Of a DNA stretch of 64,000 nt, positions 1 to 11,697 are shown one piece after another. The notes under the pieces are model-generated. The model had not been told where the DNA came from, searched no databases, and saw nothing but the letters and a program-made list of their open reading frames with translations. The stretch spans positions 6,018-70,017 of the forward strand of contig CALYAX010000001.1 in NCBI GenBank assembly GCA_944393665.1. The letters run 5' to 3'. Each line of letters opens with the position of its first letter. Position 1 is the first letter of the stretch. The position numbers and the translations under genes were made by a program. The stretch is from an uncultured Alphaproteobacteria bacterium. GTDB lineage: Bacteria; Pseudomonadota; Alphaproteobacteria; RF32; CAG-239.

Positions 1-209
1 CCGCCGAACATATCGGTTAAAACGACAACCCCGGAGCCGTCATTGACTTCTTCTACTTTTTTCAGAATTTCGGACCGGCGCATTTCCATATCATCTTCGG
101 GGCCGATACACACCGGGGCGACCTGATCCTGCCGGCCGACAACATGCTGCATGGCCGAGATAAATTCATTGGCAAGATTGCCGTGAGTTACTAATACTAA
201 TCCTATCAT
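1..209 (-). CDS. PTS EIIA component, mannose/fructose (ManX-like) family, partial (C-terminal part lies beyond window start)
   Basis: Reverse-strand translation from the ATG at 207-209 gives MIGLVLVTHGNLANEFISAMQHVVGRQDQVAPVCIGPEDDMEMRRSEILKKVEEVNDGSGVVVLTDMFGG. The pattern (GTHG...LTDxxGG) matches the N-terminal half of EIIA-Man proteins. The ORF track reports a different frame here (166..348). Confidence 0.6.
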   Translation of the reverse strand, partial: MIGLVLVTHGNLANEFISAMQHVVGRQDQVAPVCIGPEDDMEMRRSEILKKVEEVNDGSGVVVLTDMFG

Positions 210-217
210 CACACCGC

Positions 218-640
218 CTATTTATCTGCCGAACCGTTGGTCCAAACCTTGACGGCGCCGAAACTTTTGAGAAGCTCGTCACGGCTCTTGGCTTTGACCC
301 ATTCATCAGCGCGGGTCTGGCGTCCTTCAAACACGATTTCCTCAACATTTTCTACCGGAACGCCGTAAGTACGCTCAACCATTTTGCCTTTGAGCTCAAC
401 AATCAGGACAAATTCAGCTTCTGCCAGGGGGGCAACGGTTTCTTCGTTAATATTTTCCAACTGAACCGCCAGGTGCGAATCGCGCTTTAACAATGCCGTG
501 CGGCGGCCGTCGAATTCAAGCACCGGATTTTCAGGCGCACCGTCGCGGGCGTCAATAAAGACTGCCAGCTCGCCGTATTTATTTTCGATTATCTCGTAAA
601 AATCTTGTTTTTCAATCAGAGTATAATATTGCGTTTCCAT
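218..640 (-). CDS. hypothetical protein (140 aa), acidic, immediately upstream of the EIIA-Man gene on the same strand
   Basis: Uninterrupted ORF whose stop lies a few nt before the EIIA start. I recognised no motif. Confidence 0.4.
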   Translation of the reverse strand: METQYYTLIEKQDFYEIIENKYGELAVFIDARDGAPENPVLEFDGRRTALLKRDSHLAVQLENINEETVAPLAEAEFVLIVELKGKMVERTYGVPVENVEEIVFEGRQTRADEWVKAKSRDELLKSFGAVKVWTNGSADK

Positions 641-732
641 GGATATGCACCTTATCGGTTGTGTAATTTTTAAACATATGTTATTACATTAACTGCAATG
701 TGTCAATTTTGAGTTAATAAAGAGCTTTAATT

Positions 733-2511
733 ATGGAAAAATCCGCGTTTCGTTTTGTCTGGCACTATATTAAGATTTTTAGATGGATGTTAATCCTGAT
801 GATCGGCCTGTTAGTTGCCGGTCAGACCGGGCGCCAGTTTTCCCCTTATTATCTTTCCCGTCTTTATGACGCGGTTTCCACTTATAAAAATACGCCGCAG
901 CTTTGGCATGAAATCATATTTTATATTTCAATGGCTTTTGCCATGCTTTTGTGCGGGCAGGTTATTTCCGGCGTCAGTTTTTTTATGATGTCAAAAATTG
1001 TGCCGCAGCTGCGCACCTTGGTCATCCGCGATGTCTTTGACTATGTCAACCGCCACTCCATAGCCTTTTTCAGCGAGGAAATGGCCGGCAATATTTCCAA
1101 CAAGGTCCAACAGCTTCAGAACGGCGTCTGCGATTTGACGGAGCGCAGCCTGGATGCCAGCTGGGGACTGCTTTACACGATTGTCGGACTGGTTATTTTA
1201 AGTTCGGTCAGTTTATGGCTGACCCCGGTGTTTGCCTTGTGGACATTCATCGTGGTCAGTCTGGGTTTTTATCTGGGAAAGAAAATCAACACCCTCTCAA
1301 AAGCCACCGGCGATGAACAGAGCCGCGCCAACGGCATGATTGTTGACTCAATTGCCAATTACAGCGAAATTAAAAGTTTTGCAAATTTCCGGTTTGAGCG
1401 TCTTAATCTGCTTAAGGCATTGCGGCTGCTGCGCAAAACCGAAAATAAGGAATTGTTCGGACAGGCTGTTATATACCTGATACAGCATATGACGGTTATT
1501 TTGTCTTTGTTTGCTTTTATGTTTTACAGCATCTGGCTGTTCAAACAAGAGCTGCTGAGCGCCGTGGACTTTATCTTTGTCAACACCTTGTTCGCCACGA
1601 TGGGGGGAACAATTTTCAATATCACCTGGTCATACAACGGGCTGCTGCGAATTTTCGGGAAAATCGAATCTGCTTTGAATACTCTGGCTGTTGAGCCGGA
1701 AATTGTCGACACGCCCGGCGCTAAAAAGCTGCATGTCAGAAAAGCGGCCATCCGTTTTGAAAATGTCAGTTTTGCCTATAAAGCCCGGCAGCGCATTTTT
1801 GATAAACTCAACCTGGAAATTAAACCGGGAGAAAAAATAGGCCTGGTGGGAACTTCTGGCGCCGGAAAATCTACGTTTATCAAGCTGCTGTCGCGGTATT
1901 TTGACGTTACTGCTGGCGGAATTCTGATTAACGGCAAAGACATTCGCAGTTTTACCCAAGATTCCCTGCACAAAAATATTGCGGTTATTCCTCAAGACGT
2001 CTGCCTGTTTAACCGTTCTTTGTATGATAATATCCGCTACGGCAGAACCTCTGCCAGCCGTGAAGAAATCATACGGGCTGCCAAAAAGGCCTCGGCTGAC
2101 AAGTTTATCAGCAAATTTCCCCAGGGATATGACACAAAAGTCGGCGAACGCGGCGTGGTTTTATCCGGAGGCGAGCGGCAGAGAATCGCCATTGCCAGGG
2201 CAATTTTGAAAAATGCGCCGATTTTAATTTTTGATGAAGCTACCTCGGCTTTGGACAGTGAAAGCGAGCGCCATATTCAGAAATCCCTGTCGCATTTGAT
2301 GAAAGGAAAAACAGTTATCGCCATTGCCCACCGCCTTTCAACCCTGCGCGAAATGGATCGTATTATTGTTTTGGAAAAGGGAAAAATTGTTGAAGAAGGC
2401 ACTCATAATTCCCTGCTGCGCAAAAAAGGCGTTTATGCCAAATTGTATAAAATGCAGGCCGATGGTTTTGTCGGCACCGAAAGCCCGCGCGAGACGACAA
2501 CAACCTTATAA
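733..2511 (+). CDS. ABC exporter with fused permease and ATPase domains (MsbA/ABCB-like)
   Basis: N-terminal multi-TM region, then Walker A GTSGAGKST, ABC signature LSGGERQRIAIARA and Walker B ILIFDEATSALD. Confidence 0.85.
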   Translation: MEKSAFRFVWHYIKIFRWMLILMIGLLVAGQTGRQFSPYYLSRLYDAVSTYKNTPQLWHEIIFYISMAFAMLLCGQVISGVSFFMMSKIVPQLRTLVIRDVFDYVNRHSIAFFSEEMAGNISNKVQQLQNGVCDLTERSLDASWGLLYTIVGLVILSSVSLWLTPVFALWTFIVVSLGFYLGKKINTLSKATGDEQSRANGMIVDSIANYSEIKSFANFRFERLNLLKALRLLRKTENKELFGQAVIYLIQHMTVILSLFAFMFYSIWLFKQELLSAVDFIFVNTLFATMGGTIFNITWSYNGLLRIFGKIESALNTLAVEPEIVDTPGAKKLHVRKAAIRFENVSFAYKARQRIFDKLNLEIKPGEKIGLVGTSGAGKSTFIKLLSRYFDVTAGGILINGKDIRSFTQDSLHKNIAVIPQDVCLFNRSLYDNIRYGRTSASREEIIRAAKKASADKFISKFPQGYDTKVGERGVVLSGGERQRIAIARAILKNAPILIFDEATSALDSESERHIQKSLSHLMKGKTVIAIAHRLSTLREMDRIIVLEKGKIVEEGTHNSLLRKKGVYAKLYKMQADGFVGTESPRETTTTL

Positions 2512-2634
2512 AAACTTCCAACTGGAAATGCCCCTTTTGCCAAAAGGTTATCCCGGCAGCCAAAGATTGACTCTTGCTAAATTGCCGCGAGAGATTATAT
2601 TAAAAAGGCTGAATATGATTTAGGAGGGTCGGAG

Positions 2635-3246
2635 ATGAAAAAATGGCTGTTAGCCGCGGCACTGATGTTGACAAGCGGCACCGCACAGGCGCAGAGTGCC
2701 GAGAATATCCGCAAAATTGAAACTTATCTCAACAACATTAAAAGCCTTCAGGCCGATTTTGTGCAGATGTCGAGCAACGGCGGAACGGCCGAGGGGCGCC
2801 TGTTTATCGAAAAGCCTAATAAAATCCGCATGGAATATGCCGAACCCACCAATGTTCTGATTGTGGGCGACGGCAATTATATCGTTTACAATGACACCGA
2901 TCTCGGCCAGGTAACCCATATTGATTATGACGATATTCCGGCAACCCTGATCCTGGCAAACGATATCAAAATCGACGGCAAAAAAATCAAGGTCAGCGAT
3001 TTTTACCAGGATTCCGGTTCGACCCAGATTACGCTGGATTATGCCAATAAAGGCGATATCGGGCCGATTACGCTGGTTTTTTCCAATAGTCCGATGGAGC
3101 TGAAGCAATGGAAAATTGTCGACCCGCAAAGTGTTGAGGTAACCGTTTCAATCTATGACGCTAAAAAAGATGCGGAATTGGATAACAGTTTATTCAAATT
3201 CAAAGACAAAAAATCCAGCCCGCTGAACTATAAAAAGAAAAGATAA
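2635..3246 (+). CDS. LolA-like periplasmic outer-membrane lipoprotein carrier family protein
   Basis: Signal peptide MKKWLLAAALMLTSGTAQA. Length of about 200 aa and a beta-rich profile with Q..F.Q and DG..Y spacing typical of the LolA family. Confidence 0.55.
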   Translation: MKKWLLAAALMLTSGTAQAQSAENIRKIETYLNNIKSLQADFVQMSSNGGTAEGRLFIEKPNKIRMEYAEPTNVLIVGDGNYIVYNDTDLGQVTHIDYDDIPATLILANDIKIDGKKIKVSDFYQDSGSTQITLDYANKGDIGPITLVFSNSPMELKQWKIVDPQSVEVTVSIYDAKKDAELDNSLFKFKDKKSSPLNYKKKR

Positions 3247-3248
3247 AG

Positions 3249-4055
3249 ATGTCCTCATTTAAACTGGCAACCTGGAATGTCAACTCAATCCGCATCCGGC
3301 TGGAGCTTTTAGCGCAGCTGTGCCGGTCGGAAAATCCCGATGTTATCTGTCTGCAGGAGGTTAAGGCCAGGCAGGAAGATTTTCCCTTTGAGGAAATCAG
3401 AGCCCTGGGCTTTGCGCATATTGCCTTGTACAGCCAGCCGGGTTACAACGGCGTGGCCATTCTTTCCAAAACACCGTTCAAGTCAAGCTTGCAGCGCGAT
3501 TGGGTCGGTAAGCACGATGCCCGGCATATTGCCGCAACCCTGTATGATGATATTGAAATCAATAATGTTTATATCCCAGCGGGAGGAGATATCCCTGATC
3601 CGATCGTGAACCTTTCCTTCGCTCATAAATTATGTTTTATGGACGATATGTCAGAATGGTTTGAACAGCACCGCAGCGTTTTGGAAAACCGTAAAATGAT
3701 TATCTGCGGCGATTTTAACGTGGCGCCGCTGGAGTGCGATGTCTGGGATCATAAAAAAATGCTTAAAGTGGTGTCGCATACCCCGGTTGAGATCGAACGG
3801 CTGACACGGCTGTACCAGTCCCTGAACTGGGTTGACGCGGTTCGCCGTCATTTGCCGGCGCCGGAAAAGGTCTTTTCGTGGTGGAGTTACCGCAACCCCA
3901 ACTGGCAGACGAACAACAAGGGGCGGCGGCTGGATCATATCTGGGTTACCCCGGCTTTGCAGGAACGGGTTGCCGGGGCATATATTGCCAAAGAAATGCG
4001 CTCAATGGAACGGCCTTCAGATCATGTTCCGGTGATTGCCGAAATCAGGCTTTAA
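3249..4055 (+). CDS. xthA: exodeoxyribonuclease III (AP endonuclease, EEP fold)
   Basis: MSSFKLATWNVNSIRIRL... N-terminus, a GDFN motif and a C-terminal SDHVPV motif, all typical of Xth. Confidence 0.85.
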   Translation: MSSFKLATWNVNSIRIRLELLAQLCRSENPDVICLQEVKARQEDFPFEEIRALGFAHIALYSQPGYNGVAILSKTPFKSSLQRDWVGKHDARHIAATLYDDIEINNVYIPAGGDIPDPIVNLSFAHKLCFMDDMSEWFEQHRSVLENRKMIICGDFNVAPLECDVWDHKKMLKVVSHTPVEIERLTRLYQSLNWVDAVRRHLPAPEKVFSWWSYRNPNWQTNNKGRRLDHIWVTPALQERVAGAYIAKEMRSMERPSDHVPVIAEIRL

Positions 4056-4671
4056 GCTGATATCCCCCCTCCAAGGTCAGAATCAGCTGGGCGGACGGAT
4101 CATCCTGCTCAACCTTTTGACGCAGGCGGTAGACATGAGTTTCAATCGTATGGGTTGTCACATCGGGAGCATATCCCCACACTTCCTGCAGGAGTTCGGT
4201 TTTGGTGACGATACGGTCCTGGGCTTTGTAAAGATATTTCAAAATCGCAACTTCTTTTTCCGTCAGCTTAACCACCTCGCCGTTGCGGCGGTTGAGAATC
4301 TCCTTTTTGACAGGACGGACTTCATAGCGGTTAAAATTAAGATAACCCCCGGCACTGTTTTCAAACAAATTAATACTCGAGCGCAGTTCGTTGAAAAGTT
4401 TTTCCAGGCGCAGCGGTTTGGCAATGATATGGGTAAAAGCGCTGTTCTGCGGTGCATTATCGGGGTCAGAAGTCAGTAGAAACAACGGCGCTTTCAAATA
4501 ATGGCGGTGCAGTTCTTCAAGCTTGGCGGCATCTTCATCAATAATGACAATATCCGGAACCGCAGGGTCGCCGGGATTAAGCAGATTAAAATCTTTGATA
4601 TGATGGCTGAGCTGGCCGGCCAAGTCCTCGCTGAAATAGCCCGAACCGGCTACAAATAAAATATTTGACAT
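4045..4671 (-). CDS. OmpR-family winged-helix transcriptional regulator with an atypical receiver domain
   Basis: The C-terminus (LTEKEVAILKYL...THTIETHVYRLRQK) is an OmpR-type wHTH. The receiver keeps the central Asp (DIVIIDED), the T/S and the KP motif but lacks the acidic pair in beta-1 (ILFVAGSGY). Confidence 0.6.
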   Translation of the reverse strand: MSNILFVAGSGYFSEDLAGQLSHHIKDFNLLNPGDPAVPDIVIIDEDAAKLEELHRHYLKAPLFLLTSDPDNAPQNSAFTHIIAKPLRLEKLFNELRSSINLFENSAGGYLNFNRYEVRPVKKEILNRRNGEVVKLTEKEVAILKYLYKAQDRIVTKTELLQEVWGYAPDVTTHTIETHVYRLRQKVEQDDPSAQLILTLEGGYQLKA

Positions 4672-4683
4672 CGTTAACGTCCT

Positions 4684-5805
4684 TTAGAAATTAAGTCCTA
4701 TTCCGGCCATAAAAGCATAGCCCTGATTGTTGTCGGCGGGAGCCTTGTCTGCCCCTTCAAAATCAACATGGGCGGCGGCAAGATAAACTTCGGCATACTG
4801 GTTAAACTGATACTGGTTGGAAAAAACAGTAATTTTATCTTTGTTGGAGGTGCGTTCCGCTTTGGATTCAAAATATGACAATGCCGTTTTAAAGGGTCCG
4901 ATTTCATACCCGACGCCGATATCCCAGGCCTGCCCCTCACGATAATTGTCAAACAGCAAAGGCATTTGTTCTGAAACTTCAATCCGGCGCTGTTTGTCCC
5001 GTCCGTCGATATACGTTTTGCGCCAGCCGCCCCCGATACTGACATTGCCGCGGCTCAGACGCAGACTGGCAGACATTTCTTTGTCGTTATCATGAAATTC
5101 AGCATAACCCAGCGAACCGTTCAGCTTAAACTTGCCAAATTCCTGCGCGCTGTAAAGGGCTGCCACAAACCCGCCGTCATGAGAATAAGAAGCCCTTTTG
5201 TTGACAAGGCCGCGGCGGTTATAGGCATCGGGCACATAGGTTAAACCCAGCATGGTATTGTAAAAGGACGGAGAAATATAACTGACTTTCGGAGCGACAC
5301 CATCGGTATTGATATAGGTCGTATTTAATGTGGCAAAACGGGTGCCGCGGCTGTTGCGCTGCCAGTTGGGGTTGCGGATAAAATCAACGACCTCGCTGTT
5401 ATTGATGCCGATCGCGCCGGCTTCCGGAGCTCCCTCATGAAACTGGGCGTCAACGTTGAATGTCTGCCCGAGCATTAAACGGCCGTAGGGACTGTCGGCA
5501 ATAACGTAAGCCTCCTCACCCCAGGCGCCCTGGTTGTAGTCTTTGAGCTCCTGGTCAATACCGCCCATAACATCAAAATTGATACTGGCGGAATAGTCAT
5601 CATCAAAACTGTAAGCCGCACTGAAACTGACATCGCCCTGCCCGACAATATGATTGTTTTTATCATTGGATTTGAACCGGCGGGGACGATGACTGTATCC
5701 GTATATTCCCTGGGCATGGCCGCTGACATCGATATCCCACCCGCCGGCGGCAGCCAGCGAAGGAAAAAGCGCGATTAAAGCGAAGAGGAAATATTTTATT
5801 TTCAT
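4684..5805 (-). CDS. outer-membrane beta-barrel porin (alphaproteobacterial Omp2/RopA-like)
   Basis: Signal peptide, alternating beta-strand pattern, Gly/Tyr-rich, and a C-terminal aromatic residue (...GIGLNF). Confidence 0.65.
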   Translation of the reverse strand: MKIKYFLFALIALFPSLAAAGGWDIDVSGHAQGIYGYSHRPRRFKSNDKNNHIVGQGDVSFSAAYSFDDDYSASINFDVMGGIDQELKDYNQGAWGEEAYVIADSPYGRLMLGQTFNVDAQFHEGAPEAGAIGINNSEVVDFIRNPNWQRNSRGTRFATLNTTYINTDGVAPKVSYISPSFYNTMLGLTYVPDAYNRRGLVNKRASYSHDGGFVAALYSAQEFGKFKLNGSLGYAEFHDNDKEMSASLRLSRGNVSIGGGWRKTYIDGRDKQRRIEVSEQMPLLFDNYREGQAWDIGVGYEIGPFKTALSYFESKAERTSNKDKITVFSNQYQFNQYAEVYLAAAHVDFEGADKAPADNNQGYAFMAGIGLNF

Positions 5806-5933
5806 CGGTTCAGCCTTTGTTATACCGGTTCAGTTTAACGATTGACAACGCAGAGTCAATATAAATTGTGTTTGCAATTTTGCAAGTTTCCAGCGATAAT
5901 TCAGACAGACAAAATTAAAAAGAAAGGCAGGTC

Positions 5934-6467
5934 ATGACATTTCAATATCAGCACGGTCTGGTGGTCATGCGGGCGCAGCCGCTACATTCGGGGCATGAGC
6001 GGGTTATCCGCCAAATGCTGAAACAATGCGGCAAGGCAACGGTTATTCTCGGTTCTATTCAGGAACAGGGGACACCCCGCAATCCCTTTACTTATGCCCA
6101 GCGCAAAGAAATGATTTTAAATGTTTTTTCCGCTGAGGCGTCGCGTCTGAAAGTGATGGGCCTGTTTGACATCAACAATCCGGTGCAGTGGGCGGATTTC
6201 GTTCTTGATTTCATGCAGGAAAGCATGCCGGACCGGGGTGTGCCGGACGTTTATTATGCCGGCAGTGCTTATGATGCCCAATGGTTTGCCCCCTGTTTTG
6301 AGCATATTGAAACGGTTGACCGTACCGACCCGGCTTTTCCGTATGTCTCGGGAAGCATGGTGCGAGACATGATAACGATCGGCGATAACCGCTGGCGCCA
6401 GTTTATCAGTCCCTGCAATCATCATTTTATTGAAGAATTTATGCTGCCGAAAAAAGGAGAATTCTGA
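5934..6467 (+). CDS. nicotinamide/nicotinate mononucleotide adenylyltransferase, NadM (archaeal-type) family
   Basis: The HxGH motif (LHSGHERV) about 15 aa from the N-terminus, a length of 177 aa and ...NPFTYAQRKEMI all match NadM-type cytidylyltransferase-fold NMNATs. Translationally coupled to nadE (ATGA overlap). Confidence 0.6.
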   Translation: MTFQYQHGLVVMRAQPLHSGHERVIRQMLKQCGKATVILGSIQEQGTPRNPFTYAQRKEMILNVFSAEASRLKVMGLFDINNPVQWADFVLDFMQESMPDRGVPDVYYAGSAYDAQWFAPCFEHIETVDRTDPAFPYVSGSMVRDMITIGDNRWRQFISPCNHHFIEEFMLPKKGEF

Positions 6468-7252
6468 TGAATTACCAACAGATATGGGACAAATTAGCTC
6501 ATGGCCTGAAAAAATACTGCACGGACAACCATTTTGAAAAGGTCACGCTGGGGCTTTCCGGCGGTTTAGATTCCGCGGTCACGGCGGTTTTGGCGGCGGA
6601 CGTGCTGGGCGGCGCCAATGTACAGGCGGTTATGATGAAAACCAAAAATACTTCCTCTTTGAGCTTGCAAATTGCCCGGGAGATTGCCCGGCTGAATCAC
6701 CTGGATTTTACGGAAACCGATATTCAGCCGCTGGTCGATGCCGAAGACGCATTTTTAAGCACTATAACCGGCGGCAGACTTAAAAATATCGTGCTTGAAA
6801 ATATTCAGGCACGGCAACGCGGTCTGCTGCTGATGGCTTTGTCGAATCAGAATAATTCCCTGGTTCTGGCCTGCAGCAACAAATCAGAAACCGCAATGGG
6901 GTATTGCACCTTGTACGGAGATACCTGCGGCGGCCTGGCGCCAATCGGCAATCTTTATAAAAGTGCTGTGTTTGAGCTTGCAAAATGGCGCAACACCCGG
7001 GGACTGGCTCTGCCGACAGAAGTGATTGTGCGGGCCCCCTCGGCCGAACTCAGTGCCGGACAGAAAGACGAGGACAGCCTGCCGCCGTATAAAGTTCTTG
7101 ACCGGATTTTGGAAGCCTATCTCGATCAGCGGGAAAGTGCGGCGGCAATTGTTGCCGAAGGCTTTGACGCCGTTACCGTCGAGGGGGTTATCCGCCGCTT
7201 TCATGCCCAGGAATTCAAACGCCGCCAGCTGCCGCCCTCCCTGCCGCTTTAA
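6467..7252 (+). CDS. nadE: NH3-dependent NAD+ synthetase-family amidoligase (single domain)
   Basis: PP-loop motif GLSGGLDSAV. A 261-aa single-domain NadE. Confidence 0.8.
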   Translation: MNYQQIWDKLAHGLKKYCTDNHFEKVTLGLSGGLDSAVTAVLAADVLGGANVQAVMMKTKNTSSLSLQIAREIARLNHLDFTETDIQPLVDAEDAFLSTITGGRLKNIVLENIQARQRGLLLMALSNQNNSLVLACSNKSETAMGYCTLYGDTCGGLAPIGNLYKSAVFELAKWRNTRGLALPTEVIVRAPSAELSAGQKDEDSLPPYKVLDRILEAYLDQRESAAAIVAEGFDAVTVEGVIRRFHAQEFKRRQLPPSLPL

Positions 7253-7376
7253 AAGCTGAAAAAGTTGTGGATTTTTCAGGCTCAAAGCGGGGAAAACTAA
7301 TAGATTTTGCTTGGTTAAAACTTCTTTCCGATGTATGTTGGAAAGTAATGAAAATTTATGTCGTAACAGAGGATAA

Positions 7377-9827
<2,451 letters not shown>

Positions 9828-9833
9828 GTTTGA

Positions 9834-9858
9834 CCCCCGCGGTGCGGGGGTTTTTTTT
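9834..9858. terminator. bidirectional intrinsic terminator between gyrB and flagellin paralog 1
   Basis: Hairpin cccccgc-ggtg-cggggg followed by T8. The opposite strand also has an A/T run. Confidence 0.7.
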
Positions 9859-9943
9859 GCCTTATTATCAGCCGGAAAGTTTTCAAAGCCGTTTGGACAA
9901 TTACATGCGGCTGATTTAAACAGTTTAAATTCTGTTGGCAGGC

Positions 9944-11593
9944 TTAAAAGAGTTTCAAAACGGACTGGCTGGCCTGGGAGGCAAGCGAGAGGGAATTAAC
10001 CGCCAGCTGCTGGCGCGTCTGCAAGGCCAGCATGTTGGCACTTTCCTGGTTCATATCCGCCAGGGTTAACTGGTCCGCGCCCTCGGTGAGGACATTAATC
10101 AACGAATTGGTAAAGTTCTCCCGGGTGGTGACAATCTGGTAGTAGTTGCCGAACTCTGAGGCATAGAGCCGCAGCTGGTTAATGGCGCTGTCGATTTGGT
10201 CAAGCGACTCTTGCACCCCGGCGGCGCTGCTCCAGTCGGCGGTTTCCAGCCCCATGCCGGAAGTCGTAGCGTCGACGCCTTTGATATCCAAATCCGAGGT
10301 ACGGGATTCATTAAATACCACTTTCAGGTCCTGACTTTTGAGCAGGTTAACGCCTTTGTACCAAGAGTCATTAATCAGATTATCATACTGGGTCAGGATT
10401 TGGTTAAACTGGCTGGCTGAAGAGGCGCTCTCTTCTTTTGGAACCTGTTCCAGCGGTTTGGTCATTTCAACGACAATATCCGGAAATGCAGGAGCTGCCG
10501 TTGTCTGCAAAACAAACTCCGGCGGCAAAGTATTTTCACCAGGGGCTTCTACAGAATTTATCGCTGCACTGCTGGTGTATAACTTACCGTTAATAGCAAA
10601 ATTTGCTCCTTTTACGGCAGAAATTTTAGTTGCGGCAAATGCTTTATCGTCCTTGACATTAACCAAAGACGTTGTGTCCCGGATGTCAATCTCACTCATA
10701 ACAAAAGAATCGTGAAGGCTTGATGAATTTAATACTGAATTGTAGAGAACCAGAGAAGTATCCGTAAACCCAAAATCATTGGTTAATCCGTTTAATGTTG
10801 CGTTATGGAGCTCAAATTTTCCCGCAGTTGTCCGATCCATGTTGGAAATTCCGCGTAAATTAACAGTTCCTTTAACCGTGACTGTTCCCAATGCCACCAG
10901 AGCTCTTGCCCCGGCAACTTCAGCAGAGGCTGATGTATCAATTGTAATATTTGTATTTTGGATAACACTCTGATTTCCAAGATTAACAGCCCCGCTATAT
11001 CCTATTCTGCGGTCGGATTTGAAAGTTATGTTTAAATCGGATATGAGAGTGTTTTCTCCGGCTGACAGTCCTGAAAGAGCTGTTCCTTGAAAATCAAAAA
11101 CCAATTCTGTCTGCGCAGCGTTTTTATCGAGGTAACGGGCGCCGACCAGGGACTGCCCGTCACCCAGGACAATGTTCTGATTAGCGGACATGGTGATGTC
11201 CGAGGTCAGCACAATTAAACCCTTTTTGCCGCTGTCGATGGCCGCGAGGAGTTCTGCCTCCGTCGATACTTTCGCAACTACCGGCTGCGCCGTTTCCAGC
11301 GCGCTGTTAGCGACCGATTTGGCCTGTTCCAGAAATTTGGTTCCGGCCTCGATACTCTCATTGACGGCTTTTAAGGTTTGTATCCCCTGGCTCATCGCGT
11401 CCAGCAGAACGTTCAAATCCTCGGCGCGGTTGCTCAAAGACTGGGCAGTGTAATAAGAAGACGGATTATCAATCGCGGAATTGACTTTCAACCCGGTGGC
11501 GAGGCGGTTCTGGGTCAGATCCTGCAGCTTAGCCGTCTGCTGCAATGACAGCAGATTGTTCCGCATGGATGATGTCAAGCTGATTCCGCTCAA
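9944..11593 (-). CDS. flagellin-family protein, paralog 1 (549 aa) with a large central beta-helix-like insertion
   Basis: N-terminus (SLTSSMRNNLLSLQQT...GLKVNSAIDNP) and C-terminus (...LAVNSLSLASQASQSVLKLF) match flagellin D0/D1 helices. The start is TTG with an in-frame TAA 7 codons upstream. The central part of about 350 aa is Asn/Ser/Thr/Gly-rich and repeat-like. Confidence 0.8.
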   Translation of the reverse strand: MSGISLTSSMRNNLLSLQQTAKLQDLTQNRLATGLKVNSAIDNPSSYYTAQSLSNRAEDLNVLLDAMSQGIQTLKAVNESIEAGTKFLEQAKSVANSALETAQPVVAKVSTEAELLAAIDSGKKGLIVLTSDITMSANQNIVLGDGQSLVGARYLDKNAAQTELVFDFQGTALSGLSAGENTLISDLNITFKSDRRIGYSGAVNLGNQSVIQNTNITIDTSASAEVAGARALVALGTVTVKGTVNLRGISNMDRTTAGKFELHNATLNGLTNDFGFTDTSLVLYNSVLNSSSLHDSFVMSEIDIRDTTSLVNVKDDKAFAATKISAVKGANFAINGKLYTSSAAINSVEAPGENTLPPEFVLQTTAAPAFPDIVVEMTKPLEQVPKEESASSASQFNQILTQYDNLINDSWYKGVNLLKSQDLKVVFNESRTSDLDIKGVDATTSGMGLETADWSSAAGVQESLDQIDSAINQLRLYASEFGNYYQIVTTRENFTNSLINVLTEGADQLTLADMNQESANMLALQTRQQLAVNSLSLASQASQSVLKLF

Positions 11594-11690
11594 AATTTTG
11601 TCCCCGCCCGGTTCGTAAATTAATTTACTTTACTCATTAAAGTAATAAGCTTTTTGAACTTTTAAATAAAGAAATAACCTTATATATTCC
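11594..11690 (-). promoter_or_regulatory. conserved 5' leader/promoter region of flagellin paralog 1 (near-identical to 23185-23278)
   Basis: About 90 nt upstream of the TTG start matches the region upstream of paralog 2 (ttaaaagttcaaaaag..ttattactttaat..aaccgggcggggacaaaattttg). Confidence 0.5.
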
Positions 11691-11697
11691 ACAAAAA

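Noticed and set aside
166-348. ORF 166..348(-) from the track
   Set aside because: It lies in a different frame from the convincing EIIA-Man reading frame, which starts at 209 and runs off the window. It has no motif support.
4036-4479. 147-aa ORF on the + strand overlapping the OmpR-like regulator
   Set aside because: Antisense to a well-supported winged-helix regulator gene, with no RBS. Spurious.
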